Source: Candidatus Azotimanducaceae bacterium (GTDB lineage Bacteria > Pseudomonadota > Gammaproteobacteria > Pseudomonadales > Azotimanducaceae). Taken from it: a stretch of 64,000 nt of DNA. The notes beneath the pieces were generated by a model that ran no database searches, was not told the origin of the DNA, and saw only the letters and a program-made list of their open reading frames with translations. The position numbers were made by a program, and so were the translations under genes. The stretch's first letter is position 1, and each line of letters begins with the position of its first letter. Where the stretch lies: NCBI GenBank assembly GCA_047629195.1, contig JBLHWY010000011.1:3061-67060 (forward strand), given 5' to 3'. Shown here one piece after another: positions 1 to 9,163 of the stretch.

Positions 1-1
1 C

Positions 2-1297
2 AACGCTAAGAAGGCTAACTCTCCGGTACTGAACTTGATTGGCGATCATGCTGTTTACCATAAAAAGTATGATGCCCCCCTAACCTCTGACATTATTACT
101 CTAGCGCAGAGCGTTTCTGACTGGGTTCATACGACAAAGACTGCAGAAAAATTACCATCAGATGCAGCAGAAGCTATTGCTATCGCTAATCAGGGAGCGG
201 GAAATATAGCCACCTTAATTGTGCCAGCGGATTGTGCGTGGAATGAGTCTGTAGAACCAGCGCAATTTAAACAGGCCCCACCCGTATCGTTGGTAGAAGA
301 TGCCGCTGTTAGTCGTGCTGCTGAGCTTTTGCAGAATGGCAAACAATCTATGATCCTGCTCGGCAATATGGGCTTAACCGAAGAAGCTTTAGCACTAGCA
401 GACAAGCTCGCACAGGCCACGGGTGTCAGAATTTTCACAGACACCTTTTTCACTAGAATGCCGAGAGGTGAGGGTCGATGTCAGATTGAAAGGCTGGCTT
501 ACTTTGCAGAGATGGGTGTCGAACAGATAAAAGATATGGAACAACTCATCATGGTTGGCACCAAAGCCCCGGTCGCTTTTTTTGCTTATCCTGGCAAGCC
601 GAGTGAATTCTATGCGCCGGGTAGCGAGTTACATACGCTAGCAGACGTTGATGAAAATGCGGAAGATGCTCTCGCCAGATTAGTCGCCGCGGTGGACGCT
701 ACCTCACAAACGCCAAGGTTAGCCAAACTTGTTAAAGCAGGACCAGGTAAGGGTGAATTGTCCCCTAGAACAATAGCTCAGACCTTCGCTGAATATTTAC
801 CTGTAGATGCTATTGTTGTTGACGAGGGAGCAACCGCAGGCGGTGCATGCTACCCAAGTAGCGCTAATGCTGAGCCACATGATTGGCTGACTCTCACGGG
901 TGGCTCAATCGGTTTTGGACTACCGACAGCAATAGGTGCCGCTGTTGCATGTCCTGATAGAAAAGTTGTTTGTAACCACGGTGATGGTGGTGCGATGTAC
1001 ACAATCCAATCACTGTGGACTATGGCGCGTGAAAATCTAGATATTTGTGTGCTGATTTTTGCCAATCGTAAATATCAGATTCTGCAAATTGAGCTTGCAC
1101 GGGTTGGTGCACAGACAATGAATAAGAAAACAATGGATATGCTTGATATCAGTAACCCGGATCTTGATTTCGTGAAGTTGTCTGAAGGCATGGGAGTCCC
1201 CGCAACACGGGCGAATACCATCGAAGAATTTAACGAGCAATATATTGAGGCTATGAATACTCGGGGTCCTCGCTTGATCGAAATTATGCTGGTTTAG
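2..1297 (+). CDS. Thiamine-diphosphate-dependent enzyme, acetolactate-synthase-large-subunit-like (N-terminus outside window)
   Basis: The frame is open from the window edge (NAKKANSPVLNLIGDHA...). C-terminal TPP-binding motif GDGGAMYTIQSLWTMARENL...FANRKY. There is no stop upstream of the listed Met, so the gene is truncated by the window. Confidence 0.8.
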   Translation, partial: NAKKANSPVLNLIGDHAVYHKKYDAPLTSDIITLAQSVSDWVHTTKTAEKLPSDAAEAIAIANQGAGNIATLIVPADCAWNESVEPAQFKQAPPVSLVEDAAVSRAAELLQNGKQSMILLGNMGLTEEALALADKLAQATGVRIFTDTFFTRMPRGEGRCQIERLAYFAEMGVEQIKDMEQLIMVGTKAPVAFFAYPGKPSEFYAPGSELHTLADVDENAEDALARLVAAVDATSQTPRLAKLVKAGPGKGELSPRTIAQTFAEYLPVDAIVVDEGATAGGACYPSSANAEPHDWLTLTGGSIGFGLPTAIGAAVACPDRKVVCNHGDGGAMYTIQSLWTMARENLDICVLIFANRKYQILQIELARVGAQTMNKKTMDMLDISNPDLDFVKLSEGMGVPATRANTIEEFNEQYIEAMNTRGPRLIEIMLV

Positions 1298-1349
1298 CCG
1301 ATGGCGGGCTACATGTTAGTAATCACAATTATTATGTGGGGGTAGACGG

Positions 1350-2573
1350 ATGCGTGAATCATTTGAAGTGGTCATAGTGGGTGGTGGTGCCGCGGGCATC
1401 ACCGTAGCAGCAAGCCTAATTCGTAAAAATCCCTACGCCAGAATCTGCGTGATTGAACCTAGCGAGGTACACTACTATCAGCCAGCGCTAACCCTTGTTG
1501 GTGCTGGCATTCAAACGGTGGCGCAGAATTCGAAACTTGAAGCTCACGTGATGCCAAAGGGTGTGACATGGGTGAAAGCTAAAGTTGTTAGTTTTGAACC
1601 TGAAGAAAATTCAGTTACGACTTCCGATGGTCATCAGATCAATTACGGTTACTTGGTAATTTGTGCAGGCCTCACTTGCGATTGGGGAAAGATCGAAGGA
1701 TTGAACGAGACGCTAGGTAAAAACGGTGTCAGTTCCAATTATAGTCCGGACTATGCTGCTTATACATGGGAATGTATTAAAGGGTTGCAGGCAAGCGATG
1801 GACCCGCTGTTTTTTCACAGCCTCCTATGCCAATTAAATGCCCCGGTGCACCACAAAAGATTGTTTATCTTGCAGCAGACTATTTTCAAACACTCAGCAA
1901 AATAGATATTCCTGTCATTTTCAATACTGCGACGCCGGGTATTTTTGGCGTGCCCTATTTTGCTCGAGCTTTAATGGGTGTGGTTGAACAATATGGTGTG
2001 CACTTTACTCCCTCGTCAAATCTCACCGCGGTCGACGGAGAGAAAAAGATAGCGACATTCACGGATTCAGAAGGAGTCTCAACTGAGACTCGCTTCGGTA
2101 TGTTGCATGTCACGCCACCACAATGCGCCCCCAAATTTATCAGTGAAAGCGTTTTGTCAGACGACGCTGGCTGGCTTGATGTTGACAAAAACACCCTGCA
2201 AAGCACTAAGTATCCCAATATTTTCGGATTAGGTGATGCGACAAACACACCCAATTCGAAAACGGCTGCTGCGATTAGAAAGCAAGCGCCGGTAGTAGTG
2301 AAAAATTTGGCCGCTTTAAAAAGAGGAGCAGCGTTGCTTCCCGGTTACGATGGCTATGCTTCATGCCCGCTAACTACATCATACGGGAAAATGATTTTAG
2401 CTGAGTTTCGCTATGGCGGCGAAGTAACGCCAACAATTCCTCTGTCTCCTAAAGTGCCACGAACAAGCTATTGGTATTTAAAGAAATGGGGATTAGCCAT
2501 CATGTACTGGGATTATATGCTCAAGGGTTATGAATGGGACGTGCCTCATAACGTTAACTTTATAGAGGATTAA
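1350..2573 (+). CDS. sqr: Sulfide:quinone oxidoreductase, type II (SQRDL-like flavoprotein)
   Basis: N-terminal FAD fold VIVGGGAAGITVA. Cys motifs IKCPGAPQKIVY and YASCPLTTSYGKMILAEF match, from memory, the redox cysteine contexts of mitochondrial-type SQR. FGLGDATNTPNSKTAAA is also present. Confidence 0.8.
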   Translation: MRESFEVVIVGGGAAGITVAASLIRKNPYARICVIEPSEVHYYQPALTLVGAGIQTVAQNSKLEAHVMPKGVTWVKAKVVSFEPEENSVTTSDGHQINYGYLVICAGLTCDWGKIEGLNETLGKNGVSSNYSPDYAAYTWECIKGLQASDGPAVFSQPPMPIKCPGAPQKIVYLAADYFQTLSKIDIPVIFNTATPGIFGVPYFARALMGVVEQYGVHFTPSSNLTAVDGEKKIATFTDSEGVSTETRFGMLHVTPPQCAPKFISESVLSDDAGWLDVDKNTLQSTKYPNIFGLGDATNTPNSKTAAAIRKQAPVVVKNLAALKRGAALLPGYDGYASCPLTTSYGKMILAEFRYGGEVTPTIPLSPKVPRTSYWYLKKWGLAIMYWDYMLKGYEWDVPHNVNFIED

Positions 2574-2603
2574 CTTACTAGAAAAAATGAGAACAGCTTG
2601 ATC

Positions 2604-2676
2604 TGGACATCCACTAAGTTTCGGAGATGGATATTTTGCTGTGGATGTCCAATTCCTTTAAGTTGCTGGATGTCCA
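2604..2676. promoter_or_regulatory. Three copies of the 10-bp palindromic motif TGGAYRTCCA in the sqr-MFS intergenic region (candidate operator array)
   Basis: TGGACATCCA at 2604-2613, TGGATGTCCA at 2642-2651 and TGGATGTCCA at 2667-2676. The first is the exact reverse complement of the other two. All lie upstream of the transporter gene. Confidence 0.5.
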
Positions 2677-2786
2677 GAAATCAGTTTTAATCGAGAACAA
2701 GAATGTTCTTTATGGAGTGAACTGAAATTAGTGATCAAGGCTTAACAAAGCGTACGCTCATAGCATATTCAGGCATTACTATCCCT

Positions 2787-4067
2787 ATGGCTGCTATGGG
2801 GATGCCGATAGCCGTTTATTTGCCTCGTTTCTACACGGAAGGCATGGGGTTGTCGCTCGTTACCGTAGGCACAATATTCACGCTAGCACGAATCTGGGAT
2901 GTGATCACCGATCCAGTGATGGGGATTGTCATAGATAAATATGACACTCGTTGGGGAAGGCGAAAACATTGGATCGCTATTTCTATACCCATATTAATGC
3001 TCTCGGTTTGGATGGTGTTTATGCCGAATCCTGAGAGTGTTTCTGCCAGCTACTTACTGTTCTGGCTAATAGCATTATATGTTGGCTACACCATGCTGGC
3101 TATTGCACATCAGTCCTGGGGAGCAGAGCTTGCTTTAACCTATGATGCTCGTTCTCGCCTTTTTGGCTGGCGAGAGATTTTTGTTATAGCCGGGATGACC
3201 ATGGTGCTTGGGCTACCTGCAACACTTGAACTCACCGGGGTGAACGGTCAGTCGGCGAAAGTTGCCAGTATGGGTTGGTTCTGTCTTATTTTATTTCCTT
3301 TGTTAATGATTCCTACGCTTACAATGGTGCCGGATAATCACGCTAAGCCTCAATCTAGTGTGCCCTGGAGTGAAGCGATGAAGGTTCTCGCTGCAAATAA
3401 ATTGATGTGGCGCCTGCTCGCGGCGGATCTTGCTTCTGGATTCGGAACAGCTGTTTCCGGAGCACTGTACATTTTTGTTGCAGCTTCTTATTTTAAGCTG
3501 CCGGAACATGCGAGTATTGCGCTACTGTTTTATTTCTTGGCGAGTTTTCTCGCAATGCCTCTGTGGTTGAAGCTTGCCTATAAGGTTGGCAAAGATGTTG
3601 CACTAAGGATAGCGTTGCTCTATGCAGCAATCGTTAATGTTGGCCTAATCCCAATAGCGCAGGAAGGGAGTGTCGTTGGATTGTGGGGCTTCACTATTGC
3701 CTTTGGGGTTGCATTTGGTGCTGCGCCGACCTTGCTGCGATCTATGATGGCGGATCTAACCGACGACGATGAGCTGCGCACAGGACAGAAAAGGCCTGGG
3801 CTGTTCTTTGCATTGCTGACAACGACGAATAAGCTCGGCGCAGCATTTGCAGTTGGCGCCAGCTTCGCTATTCTGGAAGTCGTTTTTGGTTTTGTTCCCG
3901 GAGGTGACAATTCTCAGGAAGCCTTGGATGGTCTATTGATTACTTATTCGCTGGGTACTGCATTCGGATTATTCCTGGCATTTATTGCAATGTTGAAATA
4001 TCCCCTGAACAGAGCTGCTCATGATGAGATTCGCGCAGAGCTTGAGCGCCGAGCAATCGCGACCTGA
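2787..4067 (+). CDS. MFS transporter of the GPH (glycoside-pentoside-hexuronide:cation symporter) type
   Basis: About 12 hydrophobic segments. N-terminal motif LPRFYTEGMGLSLVTVGTIFTLARIWDVITDPVMGIVIDKYDTRWGRRKHW is typical of MelB/GPH-like carriers. The family-like sequence continues upstream of the ATG (see findings). Confidence 0.75.
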   Translation: MAAMGMPIAVYLPRFYTEGMGLSLVTVGTIFTLARIWDVITDPVMGIVIDKYDTRWGRRKHWIAISIPILMLSVWMVFMPNPESVSASYLLFWLIALYVGYTMLAIAHQSWGAELALTYDARSRLFGWREIFVIAGMTMVLGLPATLELTGVNGQSAKVASMGWFCLILFPLLMIPTLTMVPDNHAKPQSSVPWSEAMKVLAANKLMWRLLAADLASGFGTAVSGALYIFVAASYFKLPEHASIALLFYFLASFLAMPLWLKLAYKVGKDVALRIALLYAAIVNVGLIPIAQEGSVVGLWGFTIAFGVAFGAAPTLLRSMMADLTDDDELRTGQKRPGLFFALLTTTNKLGAAFAVGASFAILEVVFGFVPGGDNSQEALDGLLITYSLGTAFGLFLAFIAMLKYPLNRAAHDEIRAELERRAIAT

Positions 4068-4101
4068 GACTCACCAATGTGGTTCCATTCATTGGTGAGT
4101 C
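4068..4101 (+). terminator. Strong hairpin directly after the MFS stop codon (terminator or attenuator-like)
   Basis: GACTCACCAATG (4068-4079) pairs perfectly with CATTGGTGAGTC (4090-4101), giving a 12-bp stem and 10-nt loop. No clear T-run follows. Confidence 0.45.
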
Positions 4102-4171
4102 ATAGTAAATTCTCATCTGTTTAGAACAATCACCTCTGATTCATTATTAAATTCAAAAATGGAAGGAAACC

Positions 4172-5446
4172 ATGAAAGACGAAACAAAACTAATCCACTC
4201 AGGCTACACCACGGATCCGACAACACATGCTGTAGCAGTGCCGATTTATCAGACAGTTGCCTATGAATTTGATAATGCACAGCACGGTGCAGATCTTTTT
4301 GATCTTGCGGTCCCCGGAAATATCTATACGCGTATCATGAACCCAACTACTGATGTGTTGGAGCAACGTGTCGCTGATCTAGAGGGTGGTGTTGGTGCTT
4401 TAGTTGTCAGCTCGGGAGCTGCTGCAATTACTTATGCAATTCAGAACATTACAGAAGTAGGCACTAATATTGTTACAACGCCACAGCTATATGGTGGCAC
4501 TTATACCCTATTTGCACATATGTTCCCTAAGCAGGGTGTTGAAGTAAGGTTTGCCGCAGACGATCAGCCGGAAAGTATTGCGGCTCTGATTGATGAAAAT
4601 ACTCGTGCGGTTTTTAGTGAGACGATTGGAAATCCGGCTGGAAATATTGTCGATATTGAAGCGCTGGCAAAAGTTGCGCATGAACATGGTGTACCGCTTA
4701 TCGTTGATAATACGGTTGCAACCCCAATGCTAATCAAGCCGATAGCTTACGGAGCCGACATTGTTGTTCATTCGTTAACAAAATATATGGGCGGTCACGG
4801 TACCTCGTTAGGTGGCGTGATAGTCGATTCTGGCAATTTCCCCTGGGCAGAGCATGCTGAGAGGTTTCCGATGATGACAACGCCTGAGCCCTCTTATCAT
4901 GGGGTCGTCTATACAGATGCAATGGGACCTGCAGCATTTATCGGTAGAGCACGCACTGTGCCCTTAAGAAATACCGGTTCTACTATTTCCCCGTTTAACG
5001 CTTTCCTTATTCTGCAAGGGTTAGAGACGCTTGCGCTACGCATGGAAAGGCATTGTAGTAATGCGATGACTGTCGCTAATTACCTCAACGACCATGCAGC
5101 TGTCGCCACTGTGAGTTTTGCCGGTTTGCCTGATAGCCAGTACTACGGTCTAGCGCAAAAGTACTGTAATGGTACGCCTGCCAGCTTACTAACATTTGAG
5201 GTTAATGGTGGTTATGAAGCTGCGGTTAAATTCTATGATCAACTGGGCTTGTTCAAACGTCTGGTAAATATTGGGGATGCAAAGTCTTTAGCATGTCACC
5301 CTGCCTCGACAACGCATCGTCAGATGTCATCAGAAGAGCAAGGTAAAGCAGGCGTTACCTCGGGGATGATTCGTTTATGTGTTGGTATCGAGCATATTGA
5401 CGATATTATCGCAGACCTCGAACAGGCTTTGGCAGCGGCTCAATAG
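4172..5446 (+). CDS. metY: O-acetylhomoserine sulfhydrylase (PLP-dependent, Cys/Met metabolism family)
   Basis: N-terminus TKLIHSGYTTDPTTHAVAVPIYQTVAYEF. PLP-lysine context HSLTKYMGGHGTSLGGVIVD. C-terminus IRLCVGIEHIDDIIADLEQAL. RBS GGAAGGAAA lies before the ATG. Confidence 0.85.
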   Translation: MKDETKLIHSGYTTDPTTHAVAVPIYQTVAYEFDNAQHGADLFDLAVPGNIYTRIMNPTTDVLEQRVADLEGGVGALVVSSGAAAITYAIQNITEVGTNIVTTPQLYGGTYTLFAHMFPKQGVEVRFAADDQPESIAALIDENTRAVFSETIGNPAGNIVDIEALAKVAHEHGVPLIVDNTVATPMLIKPIAYGADIVVHSLTKYMGGHGTSLGGVIVDSGNFPWAEHAERFPMMTTPEPSYHGVVYTDAMGPAAFIGRARTVPLRNTGSTISPFNAFLILQGLETLALRMERHCSNAMTVANYLNDHAAVATVSFAGLPDSQYYGLAQKYCNGTPASLLTFEVNGGYEAAVKFYDQLGLFKRLVNIGDAKSLACHPASTTHRQMSSEEQGKAGVTSGMIRLCVGIEHIDDIIADLEQALAAAQ

Positions 5447-5482
5447 CAGGCATCAAGCTGCCACAACGATTACGTTAATAAA

Positions 5483-5511
5483 GCGCCTTCAAGATGAAAT
5501 ATCGAAGGCGC
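5483..5511. terminator. Hairpin between convergent metY and the MBL-cNMP gene
   Basis: GCGCCTTC (5483-5490) pairs with GAAGGCGC (5504-5511). The minus-strand side is followed by TTTATTAA. Confidence 0.4.
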
Positions 5512-5541
5512 GATTAGCGTCGATTGGGTTTATCTCTGAGC

Positions 5542-7719
5542 CTAATTAGTCGACACGGTACCCAGTATCCAGTCAACATCTGTGCTTTCCTCGCTGACCC
5601 TGAATTTTCTTAATAAGTAGTTCAGTTGAGGCGCGGCGAGTCTTAATTCTTCGAATGCTGTGCGATCAAATTTCAATATGCTAGATTCAGTTTCGAATCG
5701 GACTGTCCCACAAACTAATTTTGCCACCGGTCGCCAGCCAAATTCAGATGACGGTGTGAGAGTCATTTCACCTTGTACGGCCGTTCCCTTTACAAGAATG
5801 TACCAGGTGTCGCTGTTGGGTGTCAGGGATTCGCCGGCTTCCATTTCCAGATGCATACCAATTCTGCCTACCTTCTCGATGACGGTTGAACTGAGTCCAT
5901 TGAATTGGGGAAGTGCTCCAATGAGTGGTCGAATACTCCATCGACCTAGTAGGTCTTCTCTGAAGCCTTCCGCTTCAATAAATGCAGAGAAGGTTTCTTC
6001 AGCGAACACGCAAACTGTAACCGGTGTTGTCGCAACTACGGAAGCATTGCGCATTGTAGCGCCGGTAATCACCGCCATTTCTCCGATAATGTCACCTGCT
6101 TGCAGGTTTGCTACCGTGGAGAAGTTTTTGCCGTCGTGATACACGACATTACAGTACCCAGTGAGGAGGAGATAAACATACCCTCTGGTTTCAGTATCCT
6201 GAACAATAATGACGTCTTCTGCGTTGTAGCGTCTAATTTCCTCTTCTGCTAGCAAACTACGCATCCAACGATTTGGAAATGGTTTGCCTAACCAAACAGT
6301 CAAGTAATGGTTAACTTGCGAAGTATAAATACTAGGGTCACCGTCTATGATTGAATATCGTTTGCCTGAACTTGCCAATGAGAAGGTGGTATTGAAATCG
6401 TTCGGTAATTCTTCGACATGGACAAATACAACGCGGTCAGATTGAGAGCTTAGTGCATCAGCAGGGTCACCGTGTATCGCGCCTGCACCCCCGTCTGCCA
6501 CCAGCATGTTGAATCTCTGAGAATAAAGGCGTTCCAGACCTTGCAATGTTTCATCGCGAACCTTGCCTTCTTTGTTCATCTCCTGGATTACGCCCATTGA
6601 ATGATTGTCGCCGACAACACAGAGTTGTCTGGTGTACCCTTTGTGAATTGTTGAGAAGGTAGCGCCAATTGTTGGAATACTATGGACAGTGACATGCGGT
6701 TCAATGTTTAAACCGAAGTAGTTCACTGGCTTGCCAGGCGCTACTTCAACCAACTTAAAATGCTCGTGGATCACGGCTTCATCCCAGCCCAAGCTACAAC
6801 CTAGCTTGTCCATCGCCATGTTATAAATTTCTTTAGTTGTGATGACCTCGACTCGGTGTGGCATCATCATCAGTGGAAACATGGTGCAGTGGTCATCGTG
6901 AAGATGAGTTAGAAAAACTGCAGAAACTTGATTTTTCGATATACCACGAGCAAATAAATGCTGATCAAGGAATGGAATCGAATCAATTAGAATGTAATCA
7001 CCGTTGTAGCATAAGGCCAGACCCGTGCATGCTTCGTCGATAGTAAAGCCAGATGCACCGCCAAGAACTTCAAGTCCCATTTTTGCTAGACCGCCAGGAA
7101 CATAGTCAGGCTGTACTTGGTAGGAGGGCCCGACCACTTGGTCTTCATTAAGATCGACTTTTACTTCGCCTTCATTATTTCGAATGAGATATTCATCGGT
7201 TCCGCTATGTTCGATGATCATAGAGCTTGTTTGGGCTCTACCGTTCTTAAAGGGCGTTAGATTAAAAAAGTCTTCTATTGGAATTCTTTCGCCTGCCGCA
7301 TCTGACAATGCCAATGCCTCTGACACTGCCAACCATTCTTCTTTCAAGCCTTCATCGGTCTGCCAAGCGTCTAGTTCAGCTCGATTCGGGCCATTCAATG
7401 TGAGCCGTAATAATCTCAGCGCATGAGATATATCTTGTTCACTACCAACCAGATTTATCTTGCGGCCCTCGGTCAATCCGTTAGCAACGAAAAGGAAAAA
7501 GTAGAAGGGGAATTCGAGACTGTTAAGCACCGATCCATCTTTTTCTTTTACGTCTGTGAGTACGAGGGTGTCAAAAGATTTAATATTATTACGTAACAAT
7601 CCTTTGAGTACTTCTGGCGGTTGACCAAATAATATCGTGCTAGCTTCGTCGCGAACGATACGACTGCCTTGCACTGGCGCCATTACTGTAGGTTTTGACA
7701 TAACAGGGTACAACATCAC
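5542..7719 (-). CDS. Metallo-beta-lactamase-fold protein fused to two C-terminal cyclic-nucleotide-binding domains
   Basis: HxHxDH motif FLTHLHDDH is encoded at 6889-6915 (minus strand). The cNMP-binding signature GDIIGEMAVITGATMRNASVVATTPVTVCVF is followed by a second, degenerate cNMP-like domain. The roughly 200-aa N-terminal region is unassigned. Confidence 0.75.
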   Translation of the reverse strand: MMLYPVMSKPTVMAPVQGSRIVRDEASTILFGQPPEVLKGLLRNNIKSFDTLVLTDVKEKDGSVLNSLEFPFYFFLFVANGLTEGRKINLVGSEQDISHALRLLRLTLNGPNRAELDAWQTDEGLKEEWLAVSEALALSDAAGERIPIEDFFNLTPFKNGRAQTSSMIIEHSGTDEYLIRNNEGEVKVDLNEDQVVGPSYQVQPDYVPGGLAKMGLEVLGGASGFTIDEACTGLALCYNGDYILIDSIPFLDQHLFARGISKNQVSAVFLTHLHDDHCTMFPLMMMPHRVEVITTKEIYNMAMDKLGCSLGWDEAVIHEHFKLVEVAPGKPVNYFGLNIEPHVTVHSIPTIGATFSTIHKGYTRQLCVVGDNHSMGVIQEMNKEGKVRDETLQGLERLYSQRFNMLVADGGAGAIHGDPADALSSQSDRVVFVHVEELPNDFNTTFSLASSGKRYSIIDGDPSIYTSQVNHYLTVWLGKPFPNRWMRSLLAEEEIRRYNAEDVIIVQDTETRGYVYLLLTGYCNVVYHDGKNFSTVANLQAGDIIGEMAVITGATMRNASVVATTPVTVCVFAEETFSAFIEAEGFREDLLGRWSIRPLIGALPQFNGLSSTVIEKVGRIGMHLEMEAGESLTPNSDTWYILVKGTAVQGEMTLTPSSEFGWRPVAKLVCGTVRFETESSILKFDRTAFEELRLAAPQLNYLLRKFRVSEESTDVDWILGTVSTN

Positions 7720-7927
7720 TTAATTTGTTACTGGAGTGTAACTAAAGGAATAGACCGGGAACAGGCCGAAATTCCTTCATGTCGAAAATACCTTAAACTA
7801 TTTGTAGGCAGTGTGCAGTGATCGCGAAATTTCTATTTAAGAGGATTTGTCGAAAACTTGAGCATAAACGATTAGAATTCTGTATCTATGCTGTTAATAA
7901 ATAACCACAAGAATTTAGGGGAAATTA

Positions 7928-9082
7928 ATGAGTGAAGCTGTGCAACTTGATGAAGCCGAAGAGATGCTATTTCGAGAAAGTGTTAAAAAATTTCTAGAGG
8001 CGGAAGTCGAACCCTTTTATGAAGCCTGGGAAACTAATGAAATTTGGCCTCGTAATCTGTGGAGCAAGCTAGGGGAAAATGGCTTTCTCTGTGTTGATAT
8101 GCCCTCCGAGTATGGCGGCTTTGATGCGTCTTTTGAATTGAGTTGCGTCGTTGTTGAAGAGGTCTCGAGAGCGGGTTATGGCGCGCTGGCAGCCGGAATA
8201 TCGGTTCATTCTGATATCGTCGCCCCTTATATCTTGCACCTAGGGACTGAAGAGCAGCGACAACAATGGCTTCCAGGCATGGTAAGCGGCGAGATTGTTG
8301 GCGCCATTGGAATGACAGAACCCGGCGCTGGAAGTGATCTTCAGGGTATGAAGACTTCAGCGGTAAAAGATGGGGATGATTACATTATTAATGGACAAAA
8401 AACGTTCATAACTAACGGCCAGCACGCCGATGTAATTGTTCTGGCGGCGAAAACAGATCCTAAGCTGGGCGCGAAAGGCGTGACCTTGTTCACCGTTGAC
8501 TGTCACCTTGATGGTTATCAAAAAGGTCGTAACCTTGACAAAATGGGGCTCCACTCGGGTGATACCTCTGAAATCTTTTTTCAGGATGTGAGAGTGTCCT
8601 CAAAGGAGGTCCTAGGCGGTGAAGGCCAAGGTTTTGCTAACCTGATGAATGAGCTACCGAGGGAACGCCTTATTCTGGGTGTCGGATGTGTTGCTGCCGC
8701 TGAAGGGATGTTGGAGATGACCCTCGCCTATACCCTTGAGAGACAAGCATTTGGCGAACCCATTGCGAAACTACAGAATACGAAGTTTGTGCTGGCTGAC
8801 ATCAAGACAGAGATTGAATTGAACAAGGCAATGGCAGAAAAGTACGTTGTCCGTTATGTAAATGGTGAATTAACACCCGTAGAAGCTTCAATGTGTAAGC
8901 TTGCGGCAAGCGAGATGCAGGGACGAGTCGCTGACCGATGTGTTCAATTATTCGGTGGCTACGGCTATATGCGCGAGTACCCAATTTCACGTGCTTATGT
9001 TGATGCGCGTATACAAAGAATTTACGGCGGCACTTCAGAAATCATGAGAGAATTGATTTCGAGAAGCCTAGTAGGGCGTTAG
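7928..9082 (+). CDS. Acyl-CoA dehydrogenase
   Basis: Motifs GAIGMTEPGAGSDLQGMKT, QKTFITNG and QRIYGGTSEIMRELISR. Confidence 0.9.
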   Translation: MSEAVQLDEAEEMLFRESVKKFLEAEVEPFYEAWETNEIWPRNLWSKLGENGFLCVDMPSEYGGFDASFELSCVVVEEVSRAGYGALAAGISVHSDIVAPYILHLGTEEQRQQWLPGMVSGEIVGAIGMTEPGAGSDLQGMKTSAVKDGDDYIINGQKTFITNGQHADVIVLAAKTDPKLGAKGVTLFTVDCHLDGYQKGRNLDKMGLHSGDTSEIFFQDVRVSSKEVLGGEGQGFANLMNELPRERLILGVGCVAAAEGMLEMTLAYTLERQAFGEPIAKLQNTKFVLADIKTEIELNKAMAEKYVVRYVNGELTPVEASMCKLAASEMQGRVADRCVQLFGGYGYMREYPISRAYVDARIQRIYGGTSEIMRELISRSLVGR

Positions 9083-9163
9083 GCGTATACAGCCTTGTTG
9101 CGTGCCATATGAGCAGTTATGGACTCAACGTCGAAGTCATCGGTGCTCGCCGGATCAGGTGTT

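Noticed and set aside
5660-6139. 159-aa plus-strand ORF, with similar antisense ORFs at 6858-7043 and 7184-7426, inside the MBL-cNMP gene
   Set aside because: They lie entirely within a well-supported minus-strand gene. Their Ser/Pro/Arg-rich shadow-frame composition carries no motif or RBS.
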